Virus record (IMG/VR): IMGVR_UViG_3300023055_000266
Location: 1 to 55,762 of that record
From: a virus
Taxonomy: Duplodnaviria > Caudoviricetes
DNA: 55,762 bases
Reading direction: 5' to 3' (one strand)
Positions within the stretch are counted from its first letter, which is position 1; the number at the start of each line of letters is the position of its first letter. Below, piece after piece: positions 28,201-37,403 of the stretch. The notes below the pieces were generated by a model. It was not told where the DNA came from, did not search any database, and was given only the letters and a program-made list of their open reading frames with translations. Both the position numbers and the translations under genes were made by a program.

Positions 28201-28653
28201 ATGAAAATAGGACAAAAAGGCTTAGCCTTAATAAAAGAATTTGAGGGATGGTATCCAGAACCATACCTCGATCCGGTTGGTATTGCAACCATTGGATATG
28301 GCTTTACTTATTATTTACCAGGTCGTAAAAAAGTGACCCTGAAAGATAAAATATTGAGCAGGGTCGAAGGAGAGGTAATGTTAAAGGATATCCTTACAAA
28401 TTATGAAAAGGATGTTTTGCGAATGATTAAAAAACCACTTACGCAAAATCAGTTTGATGCGCTGGTAAGTTTTACTTTCAATCTAGGAGGTGATAATTTA
28501 AGTAAATCAACACTCTTGAAAAAAGTAAATGTAAATCCCAATGATCCTACTATTTCTGACGAATTTCCAAAATGGAATAAAGCTGGAGGAAAAGTATTGC
28601 CAGGTTTAGTAAGGAGAAGAAGGGCTGAGGCAGAATTATATTTTACTAAGTAG
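28201..28653 (+). CDS. Endolysin, GH24 phage lysozyme
   Basis: EFEG..PYLDPVGIATIGYG, QNQFDALVSFTFNLG, GLVRRRRAE. Confidence 0.95.
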   Translation: MKIGQKGLALIKEFEGWYPEPYLDPVGIATIGYGFTYYLPGRKKVTLKDKILSRVEGEVMLKDILTNYEKDVLRMIKKPLTQNQFDALVSFTFNLGGDNLSKSTLLKKVNVNPNDPTISDEFPKWNKAGGKVLPGLVRRRRAEAELYFTK

Positions 28654-28654
28654 T

Positions 28655-29086
28655 ATGGAGCAATTTATACAAGAACATGTACTACCCAATCTATGGGGAG
28701 CTTTAGCGGCAATTGTTGGAGCTATTTGGCTTTGGTGGAGATCAAAGCCAAAAGAAAGAATTGAAAATGATGGTGGAATTGTTGAAAATGCTAAAAAGGT
28801 ATTGGAGATGTCGGAGGGCATAACCGACAGATTAGAAAAACAGTTAGAAGCATCAGACGGAATTATCACTGCATTAAAAGAAAAGCTTCAAATTGCTATA
28901 GAAGGTGAAAACACATGTAAAAAGGCATTAAAGGCCATAAAAGAAGAATATTCAAATTTCAAGAGACTATTTAATGAGCAACGGATCGAAGTTGAGGCCT
29001 TAAAAGAAGAATGTAGGCTTTTACGTATAACAATAGAAAACAATGAAAAAACTGATAGTATTACTAACAATCTGCATTCTAATTAG
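28655..29086 (+). CDS. Holin-like single-TM coiled-coil protein
   Basis: N-terminal TM followed by basic RSKPKER and a coiled coil; within the lysis cassette. Confidence 0.5.
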   Translation: MEQFIQEHVLPNLWGALAAIVGAIWLWWRSKPKERIENDGGIVENAKKVLEMSEGITDRLEKQLEASDGIITALKEKLQIAIEGENTCKKALKAIKEEYSNFKRLFNEQRIEVEALKEECRLLRITIENNEKTDSITNNLHSN

Positions 29087-29534
29087 TGGGTGCGGATTAT
29101 TCAGAAAGAAAACTATAATCCGAGATTCTGCAGTATTTGAGCATGAATCAATTGTTACGCAATTAAAGAAAGATAGGTTAAATCTTATTGAGAAGGAGGC
29201 TCAAAAAGCTATTTCCTTTACAGATGATAAGACTAAAATTACGCTTCAAGTAAAAGGAAGTCTAGTAGAAATGACTTCCAATGGTTTTAATTGTAAAGAT
29301 TGTGAGGTTATTCAATCTCAAAAAAATGATATAAAAAATCTCATTGATAGTTCTTCTTTTCAAGAAAGTAACATTGAATACTTTAAGGAGGCAAGCATTC
29401 TTGCTAATAAAAGTTCAAAGGATGAGAGAAAATATAGTAAAACTGTTAATAAACCAGAAGGAAGTAGTTTTATATGGTTCTCATTAGCAGTTATATTATT
29501 TACTGTAGGAATTTTTTACATTTTAAGGAAATAA
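29043..29534 (+). CDS. Putative unimolecular spanin
   Basis: N-terminal lipobox ISG-C and C-terminal TM FIWFSLAVILFTVGIFYILRK. Confidence 0.7.
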   Translation: MKKLIVLLTICILISGCGLFRKKTIIRDSAVFEHESIVTQLKKDRLNLIEKEAQKAISFTDDKTKITLQVKGSLVEMTSNGFNCKDCEVIQSQKNDIKNLIDSSSFQESNIEYFKEASILANKSSKDERKYSKTVNKPEGSSFIWFSLAVILFTVGIFYILRK

Positions 29535-29580
29535 TAATATATGGTGATTCTTAGTAATCCAATAATCACCATATATTATT
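29533..29580. terminator. Inverted repeat between convergent genes
   Basis: AATAATATATGGTGATT/AATCACCATATATTATT. Confidence 0.6.
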
Positions 29581-29604
29581 CAAATATCTAAAAGAGAGGA
29601 ATAA

Positions 29605-31407
29605 TTATTTTTTATTAATTATTTTTTTAATAGCATTGAATAGCGGAATAAACATGATAAAATCTTCCCTTTTTAATGACGCGGCATTTTTGGCGAATTT
29701 ATGTTTTTTTCCTTTAAATTTGTACGAAAAACCTCCGCCAATTACTGTATCTTTTTCAAAGTGATTTGTTCTAAAGTTAGGAGCATTAAATAATAAATGT
29801 TCAATTGTTAGAACCGATTCATGTTTGAAAGTTGTACTATTACTTTTTATTACTTGTTTTTTGATTTCGTCTATATCAGGCACAGGTAGAAGCATTGCAT
29901 AAGCATTTTTGGTATTAGATTTTGTTAGACATTGAAAAGGATCTAATTCTATATTTTTTTCAAAATTTAAGTTATTCCAAGAATTATAACCCTCTTCATC
30001 AAAATCGAAAAGGGCAATCATAATTTTGTCGCGATACAATTCGAAAATACCATTTTGAAGGTCGCCACCTCGTTTAAAGAGAGTTTTGATTGATTGAGCA
30101 TCAAAAAAATCTTGAATTAGAAATGGCTGTGATTCTCCTGGATAAAGTTTCCTCCATGCTGTATTGATTATTATTTTATCTGTTATACCCTCAGTAAACA
30201 GAACAGGCATCTCAGTTGAACTAAGCGCATATTCAATACCTAAATCTACATCGTCTATAGTTACTGTAATTAAACCATCGGTTAGATGCTTTATAACTTT
30301 ACTTTTTTCTTCTTTAACTGGATAGCCTAAATCTCTATCCATTCTATACACTGAATCTACAGGTGCGAATGCTACAGTTGACGGCGAATGTGTTGTTATA
30401 ATTACTTTAACATTTTGTTTTTCAACAATATTGTCTTTGACAACAGAAATAAATTTGTGAGCAAGCGAAGGATGCAGATGAGCATCTGGCTCATCAAACA
30501 ATATTACTTCTGGGAATTTTCCATTTGATGTTGAGTGATATAATGCGAAGATTAAATTCAATATTGTTTTTTCACCAGAGGATAATGCTTCTAATTTTGC
30601 ATCTGAGGTTTTATTTTTTTGATCCTTAAATACGATATTGGCCGGAATTTCATCTTTAATAGATGGTTTATATTCTACTCGGTAATTATAAGATACATCG
30701 TTTAAGATGGTATTAAAAACTTCCCATGGAGGTAGAATATTTTTAGTTAGAGATGAATAGTATTTTTTTTTAAGATGAAATTGATGAAATAATAAATCGA
30801 TTGATGAAGAGAAAAGTTGTGTGACGATAGGATAAAACATAAAATAATCAGAAAAAGTTAACTGGTCAATCTTTTTTTTAGTTTGATTCGCTAGATTCTT
30901 CAGTAAACTGATTTGATTAACATCGACTTTAATTACGTCATTATCAGTAAATCTGCTCCTATTGATGAGAAGGCTTTGTGCAATTTTTATAATGTACTTA
31001 TTTAATTGTTCTACTTCTTCTTCAATAGTATAGGTTCCAGAAGGCATTGACCCGTAGGCATTAGCAATAGGTTTTAGCTGATCCCAATGGTCTCTAATCA
31101 AATTTATTGTAGGACCCGTATCAAGTGGTAAGCCATTATCGTATGGTACTATTCCTGGTTGCATAAAAATAATTTCCTTTAATTTTTTTCCATCATTGTC
31201 TGTTATGGGATAATATTCTTTTTGGTCTGCATTATTTGGGTCAGTGGGAATCATTCCCACATTAATGGCCATTGAATGGTGATATAAAAATTCTAAAAGC
31301 TGAGTTTTTCCTGCGCCATTTTCACCAGTCAATACAGTAAGATCTGGCAATACAATACCATGTTTTTCTTTTATAATTTTAAAATTATTTGTTAGGTTAA
31401 TAATCAT
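29605..31407 (-). CDS. ABC-type ATPase fused to a TOPRIM domain (OLD/PARIS-like), putative defence protein
   Basis: GENGAGKT, LSSGEK, FDEPDAHLHP, TTHSP; TOPRIM FTEGITD and FDFD. Confidence 0.8.
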   Translation of the reverse strand: MIINLTNNFKIIKEKHGIVLPDLTVLTGENGAGKTQLLEFLYHHSMAINVGMIPTDPNNADQKEYYPITDNDGKKLKEIIFMQPGIVPYDNGLPLDTGPTINLIRDHWDQLKPIANAYGSMPSGTYTIEEEVEQLNKYIIKIAQSLLINRSRFTDNDVIKVDVNQISLLKNLANQTKKKIDQLTFSDYFMFYPIVTQLFSSSIDLLFHQFHLKKKYYSSLTKNILPPWEVFNTILNDVSYNYRVEYKPSIKDEIPANIVFKDQKNKTSDAKLEALSSGEKTILNLIFALYHSTSNGKFPEVILFDEPDAHLHPSLAHKFISVVKDNIVEKQNVKVIITTHSPSTVAFAPVDSVYRMDRDLGYPVKEEKSKVIKHLTDGLITVTIDDVDLGIEYALSSTEMPVLFTEGITDKIIINTAWRKLYPGESQPFLIQDFFDAQSIKTLFKRGGDLQNGIFELYRDKIMIALFDFDEEGYNSWNNLNFEKNIELDPFQCLTKSNTKNAYAMLLPVPDIDEIKKQVIKSNSTTFKHESVLTIEHLLFNAPNFRTNHFEKDTVIGGGFSYKFKGKKHKFAKNAASLKREDFIMFIPLFNAIKKIINKK

Positions 31408-31583
31408 ATAGGATATTTTTTATTTTTATTATAAATATAATATTATTTATAATAAAAATAAAAATGTGATCTTATTAATAATGTGTACTATTATTTTATA
31501 ATTTCGGAATTTAAAAAGAAATCATTATTTTTAGATTACCTCTTTCATAGAGCATTATTAAAATATACAGGTTAATAATTGAC

Positions 31584-31619
31584 AAACAGCTTTAGGCGCC
31601 CGCTTAAAGCTGTTTTTTT
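31584..31619 (+). terminator. Terminator-like hairpin 1
   Basis: AAACAGCTTTAGGC/GCTTAAAGCTGTTT plus T tract. Confidence 0.65.
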
Positions 31620-31752
31620 ATATGCAAGTATTAAAATACTTGCCATAATTTAGTACAAACACTGGTTTTTAATTTTGATTTTCCTTTCTAAAATAATTGT
31701 TTTTAATTTTAAATCGAGCTTCAATTATAATTTAGTAATCTACAGATTGCGG

Positions 31753-31781
31753 GGTTCCATCAGTTAGATGGAACCTTTTTT
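31753..31781 (+). terminator. Terminator-like hairpin 2
   Basis: GGTTCCATC/GATGGAACC plus T6. Confidence 0.65.
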
Positions 31782-31827
31782 AAGTTATAAAGATTTTAGA
31801 TCTATTAATGGCCAATGTTTATTTTCT

Positions 31828-31861
31828 AGGCCTAGGGTATTGCGACCTGAGGCCTTTTTTT
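31828..31861 (+). terminator. Terminator-like hairpin 3
   Basis: AGGCCT.AGG/CCTGAGGCCT plus T tract. Confidence 0.6.
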
Positions 31862-31957
31862 GTTTTTAAATACCTTATTTTTGTTTGCTATAATTTTTAG
31901 CATTAATTTAGTTTGAAATTAGTATTTTTAAATCTAATTTTGAATAAAATTAATGAT

Positions 31958-32278
31958 ATGGAACCGTGGAGAGTAAAAGATAAAAAAGAAATTCCAGCAG
32001 AGGTGACTTCTTTGCACCGCTTTGCAATTCAGAATAACTGCTGGATATATCATGATGTTGCCCGTATATTTTATACACCCGAAGAGTTTTTGGAGAAATG
32101 GGAGCGTATATATAAAGAGGAGCATACAGGCTTAAGTAATATAAAAGAATTTGTAGTGAAAAGTCCGTATGCTGCTATTAAACAAAGAGCAGGGTGGATA
32201 AAAAGAGCAAATGAGGAGTTACAAGCCTTATTGATAAAGCTTGAAGATTATGATATACAGTTCAAACCACCTAAATAG
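31958..32278 (+). CDS. Hypothetical protein
   Basis: ATG at 31958 after the promoter TTTG-N19-TAATTTTG (31912-31942); FYTPEEF motif. Confidence 0.65.
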   Translation: MEPWRVKDKKEIPAEVTSLHRFAIQNNCWIYHDVARIFYTPEEFLEKWERIYKEEHTGLSNIKEFVVKSPYAAIKQRAGWIKRANEELQALLIKLEDYDIQFKPPK

Positions 32279-32960
32279 CCCTTTGAATATCGGGATGATT
32301 GGTGTCTGTCAGTTTAGGATCTGTCACGCGTACAACTTGATGGCTACCTAGTTCGCCATCGTAAGGCTTCATTAGTTTAATGATATCGTCGTTATTGGTA
32401 GCATGTAACCAGGCATCTTCATCTTGCTTTGCAATAATAAGGGGCATACGTTTCTTTTCGTTGTGAATTTCAGCAAGTAGGGGATTGGCTTCAGTGGTGA
32501 TAATACTAAAGGTTGGATAAGTTTCTCCAGTCTCATAGTCTTTGAAATCGCTATAGACTATGCCTAAAGTGAAGATATCTTTACTAGGAGTGTAGATATA
32601 ATAATTTTCGGTGTCTTTCTGTCCTGCGACCTTGTGAGGCTCATAAAAGCCATTCACATAAAGTAGGCCCCGATTTTTACTAATGTAGTTCTTATATGAT
32701 GCTTTCTCGAAGATGGTACCAGAATCAGCATTTAAAGTATTTGCGTATTTCTTTGCATCATCTTCTGTTTTTACCCAAAATGGGATTAACTTCCAGCGTG
32801 CGGAAACAATCTTATCATCCTGATTGTTAAGTGTTACCGGCAAGTATGGACGAGCGAAGCCAGAGACGTGATAAATTTCTGATCCTTCAAAGATCACCTC
32901 TTTCTCAGGTCTTGCTTTCTTTAGATAAGTAATGTCCGGTGTGGAAACATGATAGCACAT
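32271..32960 (-). CDS. SOS response-associated peptidase (SRAP, HMCES/YedK family)
   Basis: Start M-C (catalytic Cys2) at 32960; WKLIPFW, TLNA, GFYE, FSIITTEAN, IHNEKKRMPLI. Confidence 0.9.
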   Translation of the reverse strand: MCYHVSTPDITYLKKARPEKEVIFEGSEIYHVSGFARPYLPVTLNNQDDKIVSARWKLIPFWVKTEDDAKKYANTLNADSGTIFEKASYKNYISKNRGLLYVNGFYEPHKVAGQKDTENYYIYTPSKDIFTLGIVYSDFKDYETGETYPTFSIITTEANPLLAEIHNEKKRMPLIIAKQDEDAWLHATNNDDIIKLMKPYDGELGSHQVVRVTDPKLTDTNHPDIQRAI

Positions 32961-32999
32961 AATACAATAGTTTAAATGTTTAACAATTTTAAAACTTAT

Positions 33000-33479
33000 A
33001 TGTTTATGGATCAAGATAAATTAAATATGGAAGCTCGTGTTATTGCCTATGATAAGCATTACGGGTTTGTTGAAAATCCTCAGGATTTCAACTTTGAATA
33101 TAATCCTCATCGTTTAATCGTTAAGAACTATGCACTTAGGACAGGAGATAAGGCTGCATATAATAAGTATTTGGATACCTTCTTTCCTGAGCTGACTGAA
33201 ATTGAACTTAAGAATTTTGATGTAGAAATTAAGTATATCAAAGCGTTTAACAATGAGGAGCTTGCAAGGTGGCTTGCTAGTAATGATGTAAAAGTTGTTG
33301 AGTCCGACATATCTGCCGAAGATCCAGACGCTATCTTTAAGATGGTTGATGTATCTGATTCTGAAGATCCTGATATGTATGTAATAGAGGAGGAAGATTT
33401 TATACAAAATAGGATTTTACCTAGGAATTTGATAAAAACAGCTAATAAGACTTGGATCAATATTAAACTAGCTAAATAA
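33000..33479 (+). CDS. Hypothetical protein
   Basis: Acidic ORF divergent from SRAP; start uncertain (32976-33027). Confidence 0.6.
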   Translation: MFMDQDKLNMEARVIAYDKHYGFVENPQDFNFEYNPHRLIVKNYALRTGDKAAYNKYLDTFFPELTEIELKNFDVEIKYIKAFNNEELARWLASNDVKVVESDISAEDPDAIFKMVDVSDSEDPDMYVIEEEDFIQNRILPRNLIKTANKTWINIKLAK

Positions 33480-33486
33480 TATAGCC

Positions 33487-33717
33487 ATGGAATACGTAAA
33501 AGTAACTCACGCCGTACTAAGAGAACTTAAGAAAGACGGCTATAACATCCTACTAACAAAGTCAACGGTAGAAGATGAAGATCCGGAGTTTACTCCAGAG
33601 TATAAATCTGACTTATGGGGTTTCTTGGAAACTCTGGATGGGGAAGAGGGAAGTGCTGTAATAGATGACTTGTTAGGTCTAAAAGAGGAGGATTTGAAAG
33701 GAACTGTTTTGTATTAA
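33487..33717 (+). CDS. Hypothetical protein
   Basis: 76 aa acidic ORF followed by a terminator. Confidence 0.65.
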   Translation: MEYVKVTHAVLRELKKDGYNILLTKSTVEDEDPEFTPEYKSDLWGFLETLDGEEGSAVIDDLLGLKEEDLKGTVLY

Positions 33718-33744
33718 GAGTAGGCTATAAACCTACTCTTAATA
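33712..33744. terminator. Bidirectional terminator
   Basis: TATTAAGAGTAGG/CCTACTCTTAATA. Confidence 0.7.
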
Positions 33745-33779
33745 CAAAAATCCTAGGAAATATACCTGGGCTTGTATGT

Positions 33780-34256
33780 TTAAAATGTTATATTAGCGTG
33801 TCCATTCCACTGAAAAGCAGAAAATATGGATAGATGATCTTGATAACTAGTGTAGCTTTCATTAAAAATTTGATAAGTACCATTCCAATTTATAGATGTA
33901 GGGCCGTTTGACGCATCGTAATATGTGCCGCTTGAAGAACTTGTTTTAAGTCCCAAGACTTCAACATTAAAATTTAGACTATGTGGATATAATGAGTATG
34001 TGTCAGTGTAGAAAACCCCTACAACTCCATAAACCTTACCATAATTAACGTAATTATATTTGTTATCGAATTTATATCCAACTTCGACTCTAATTAATAA
34101 TGTTCTATTTGATAATGGATCAGGAATAGTAAATAAATCTGCATCTGGTTGCATGTGATCAAATGTGTAAGCACCTCTAACAAAAGTTTGCGCATCTGCC
34201 TTACTGTAAATTAAACAGATAAAGACAATTGTTAAAATTGAAATTAGTTTTTTCAT
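33780..34256 (-). CDS. Secreted protein (moron)
   Basis: Signal peptide MKKLISILTIVFICLIYSKADA-Q. Confidence 0.7.
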   Translation of the reverse strand: MKKLISILTIVFICLIYSKADAQTFVRGAYTFDHMQPDADLFTIPDPLSNRTLLIRVEVGYKFDNKYNYVNYGKVYGVVGVFYTDTYSLYPHSLNFNVEVLGLKTSSSSGTYYDASNGPTSINWNGTYQIFNESYTSYQDHLSIFSAFQWNGHANITF

Positions 34257-34478
34257 AAATTTTGAATTAAGTTTATAATTAAGGAATAAGTTAAACATAA
34301 TAATTCTTTGCTTCAATAATTTTTTCATTTTTATACATGAAAATAATTATCAATCGATTGTTTAATTGCATACATTATCTTAATGTTTTTTAAATTGTAA
34401 CAAGTTTAAGTTAATCTTATATACTTCTACGTTTAAATAGCTCTAATCAAATAGTAAAATAACATATCATTTAAATGT

Positions 34479-34568
34479 TTAGGTAAATGCCCCTACAATT
34501 AGCATATTTTCTTTTGATGCTTTTAAAATAGCTTGATCAACTTCAGTGGTTAGCAGTGTAATCTTCAT
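34479..34568 (-). pseudogene. Truncated paralog of 35762..35962
   Basis: MKITLLTTEVDQAILKASKENMLIVGAFT* aligns without gaps to MKITLPSSDVVKAIHEAKEDCMAVKGFFL. Confidence 0.55.
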
Positions 34569-34672
34569 GGTAATAACTTAATTAAATAAAATGGAATAAT
34601 TTTACGGATTTTCTTAATGATTATTTCGTAAAATTTCATTATTTTTACTGATTAATCAAGCTATATATTGAA

Positions 34673-35668
34673 ATGAAAAAAGTTTTAGGTATAATGGCAA
34701 TAATGCCATTTTTATTTTCTGCGTGCAGTAAAAGTGAATCAAATGAAATTCCTAAACCAGAACAAGAATTAGTAAAGGTCAGCTTTTCAACTGAAGGTTT
34801 TCGACAATCTGTTGATCCAATGTCTACCAAAAGCTCAACAAAACAAGCTGCTTCTGGCCCTGTGATTGAAAAAGGATTTTATAATGGTGGAGGCTTAATT
34901 AACGATCTTTTATTGGTAGTTTATAATTCAAAAGATGAATTAGTATTTACAGAACATCGTAATGCTTCAATAATTTCGGGGCAGCTTAGTGAAATTAATG
35001 GAGATTTTTCTTTAGAGCTTCCAAAAGGGAAATACAAAGTTGGAGTTTTAGGCTTTACACATGGTGCAGCCCAAATGTATTTTGATTTTAATTACACGAA
35101 TCGTATGTTACATCAGTTTGGTTTAGCTATGGCATCAGGAACAGGTTTCGATGTAGAAGAAAGTTTTATCAGAGAGTCATTTGTATATAAGTATAATGAT
35201 TTTACTATTAATTCTGATACTGTAGTTGCACCTTTAAAATTAGAAAGGATTACATCTAAATTAAATATAGTAATGGAAGATGAAATACCAGTTGAGGCTA
35301 GATATATTATGCTTGGGGGAGCATTAAATGCACTTATTTATCCATTCCAAGGTACTACTGATGGTAATAAATATAAAGGATATGTGAAGTTTCAAATTGG
35401 TGCTTCTAGAGTAAAGAATGTTACACTTTCAACACCTATTTATCCAACATTAGGAAAAGAAGGGGATACAAATAATTTAGTAGCATTAATATACGATGAA
35501 AACTATGTTTTGATTGGTCAAAAAACTATACCTAATATTATACTGAAATCTAATCATATTACTACTCTTAGTGGTAAAATGTTTGATTATAATGCAGATA
35601 AAACAGCAAATTTTAAAGCTACAATAGTTAAAGAGTATTCAACTGATAATATTGAAGGAACATATTAA
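34673..35668 (+). CDS. Lipoprotein, FimB/Mfa2 type V pilin-like
   Basis: Lipobox FSA-C-SK; LELPKGKYKV, LKLERITSKLNI, LKSNHITTLSG motifs. Confidence 0.7.
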   Translation: MKKVLGIMAIMPFLFSACSKSESNEIPKPEQELVKVSFSTEGFRQSVDPMSTKSSTKQAASGPVIEKGFYNGGGLINDLLLVVYNSKDELVFTEHRNASIISGQLSEINGDFSLELPKGKYKVGVLGFTHGAAQMYFDFNYTNRMLHQFGLAMASGTGFDVEESFIRESFVYKYNDFTINSDTVVAPLKLERITSKLNIVMEDEIPVEARYIMLGGALNALIYPFQGTTDGNKYKGYVKFQIGASRVKNVTLSTPIYPTLGKEGDTNNLVALIYDENYVLIGQKTIPNIILKSNHITTLSGKMFDYNADKTANFKATIVKEYSTDNIEGTY

Positions 35669-35695
35669 TATATGTAAAAGAGCATCTAAATAGAC

Positions 35696-35733
35696 ATGCC
35701 CCAAAAAGTTAGATACTATTTGGGGCATTTTTA
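35696..35733 (+). terminator. Intrinsic terminator
   Basis: ATGCCCCAAA/TTTGGGGCAT plus T tract. Confidence 0.7.
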
Positions 35734-35761
35734 TGAGTTTGTATAAGACACACCTACTCTT

Positions 35762-35962
35762 TTACAAATACTCTTTAACGTACCAAGCTAATTGAAATAT
35801 GTCTGTAGGATCAATATTATATCCTTTTTTTGGAGTCACTTCAATGCTCAATTCATTAAATTTTACATCGTATGTTAAAAAGAATCCTTTGACGGCCATA
35901 CAGTCTTCTTTGGCTTCATGAATTGCTTTTACAACATCGGATGATGGTAGTGTGATTTTCAT
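35762..35962 (-). CDS. Hypothetical protein
   Basis: 66 aa ORF with an A-rich start context. Confidence 0.6.
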   Translation of the reverse strand: MKITLPSSDVVKAIHEAKEDCMAVKGFFLTYDVKFNELSIEVTPKKGYNIDPTDIFQLAWYVKEYL

Positions 35963-36079
35963 ATTTTTAAAATTAAGTGTGTTTATTGTGTTTTACGTAC
36001 GGTTTTCCGTAGAGAAGGAGTACCATCCGTCAAAAGGTTAAAAGCCTATGATTATATTTAAATAAATAAATTATTATAT

Positions 36080-36280
36080 ATGAATAGATTAAAAATCGAT
36101 GCACAAGGTCGCATCACAGAAACCTATTTACTTCAGTGTGGAAGTATCTTAAAAAGCGTTTTACTTGGACACCAGGACGAAACGCCAAATCATTCAATCT
36201 GGGAGAAAACTTTAAATGGTATTGTAATTACGAATACTCAGTTTTTTTCCTATTTAAGAAAAGAGGGATTAGCAGACTAA
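36080..36280 (+). CDS. Hypothetical protein
   Basis: 66 aa ORF converging on the HNH gene. Confidence 0.45.
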   Translation: MNRLKIDAQGRITETYLLQCGSILKSVLLGHQDETPNHSIWEKTLNGIVITNTQFFSYLRKEGLAD

Positions 36281-36666
36281 TCAAACTCCTCAAACCAAAA
36301 TTTAACCTCAACCTCTCTTTCCTCGAGTAACCCGTATCTCTTTGCAAATTTATACTGAGTGCTATCCCTATTTAGTGAGGTAATGAAACCTCCTATGATT
36401 TTTCGGAAGCCTTCAAGCGTATTTGCATGCTTGATTATGTTACAGCTGGGACATGAGGGGTTGAAGTTATCTATGTGATTGTTTTCCGGTCGTTCACATC
36501 CTCCGTCATACACAAACATATATTTATCTTTGTCATACTTTGCAGTGCGTATAATAGGTTCGATATGATCGGCGTGCCAGCGGTCGGATAGGAGATCACC
36601 GCAATATGCGCAGCGACCTCCGTATTTTTGTCTTAGCTGTTCTCGTTGTTGTTTGTTTAGTTTCAT
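36277..36666 (-). CDS. HNH endonuclease
   Basis: CAYCG, ADHIEP, NFNPSCPSCNIIK. Confidence 0.9.
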   Translation of the reverse strand: MKLNKQQREQLRQKYGGRCAYCGDLLSDRWHADHIEPIIRTAKYDKDKYMFVYDGGCERPENNHIDNFNPSCPSCNIIKHANTLEGFRKIIGGFITSLNRDSTQYKFAKRYGLLEEREVEVKFWFEEFD

Positions 36667-36902
36667 CTCACAATTTTTAATGATTCCTTTTTCTTAAAAG
36701 ATACTTTGCTTATGCTAATCACATAATCTTCTTCCTCAATATTTTCAATATCGATAGGTCTAAGTGTGAATGTTTCATTATCAAAATTGGCAGAGACTAA
36801 GATCATTTCAATATCTCCATAGTGACTATGATGAATTAAAATCATATATGGCTTGAAAGATCTTTTAATCATTTCTTCTCTAGTCATCGTATATTCCTCC
36901 AA
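36663..36902 (-). CDS. Hypothetical protein
   Basis: Overlapping ORF in the leftward operon. Confidence 0.6.
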   Translation of the reverse strand: MEEYTMTREEMIKRSFKPYMILIHHSHYGDIEMILVSANFDNETFTLRPIDIENIEEEDYVISISKVSFKKKESLKIVR

Positions 36903-37179
36903 ATTTTTCTACAAAAGGTGCTTGCTCGTATTCTCCTTGCTCGTTTATCCAACTTGGGCGATGTCCATCAGCGTATGAGATATGAGCATAAATAACTTTT
37001 GCGCCATATTCGTAGACTGTTTTATATTTAAAGAATTTGCAGATCCTTTCTGCCTGTCCGTGGATATCAGTTTTCTTCATCTCCTTAGGGAAGAACCCAA
37101 CTTTACGAAGTGTGTAGAAATCGATATGCTCGTTTAGGAAGTCTTTCAGTAATTTATCGGCTTCACTTAGTTTTGCCAT
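36880..37179 (-). CDS. Hypothetical protein
   Basis: ORF in the leftward operon. Confidence 0.6.
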   Translation of the reverse strand: MAKLSEADKLLKDFLNEHIDFYTLRKVGFFPKEMKKTDIHGQAERICKFFKYKTVYEYGAKVIYAHISYADGHRPSWINEQGEYEQAPFVEKFGGIYDD

Positions 37180-37181
37180 AA

Positions 37182-37403
37182 CTATCCCTCCCAAGCTTGA
37201 AGTGAATAGAAATCTTTCTGTGACATGGTACCAGAAATGACTTTATCTACTTCACGAAGAGGAATAGATCCATCTTTAATTAGCCCCTTCCATCCGCCAG
37301 CATCGTGCCACTGCTCTAATGAAAAAATATAGTCTGGCATCTGTGAGAAAGTTACCACTTTGACTGAAATGCCATTTTTTCCTTTGTAATTATAGTTATT
37401 CAT
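37182..37403 (-). CDS. Hypothetical protein
   Basis: ORF in the leftward operon. Confidence 0.55.
   Translation of the reverse strand: MNNYNYKGKNGISVKVVTFSQMPDYIFSLEQWHDAGGWKGLIKDGSIPLREVDKVISGTMSQKDFYSLQAWEG

Noticed and set aside
35691-35733. Resemblance of GACATGCCCCAAAAAGTTAGA to an IS3/IS150-type terminal repeat
   Set aside because: No transposase or partner end found; adequately explained as a terminator, though an IS-end origin cannot be excluded
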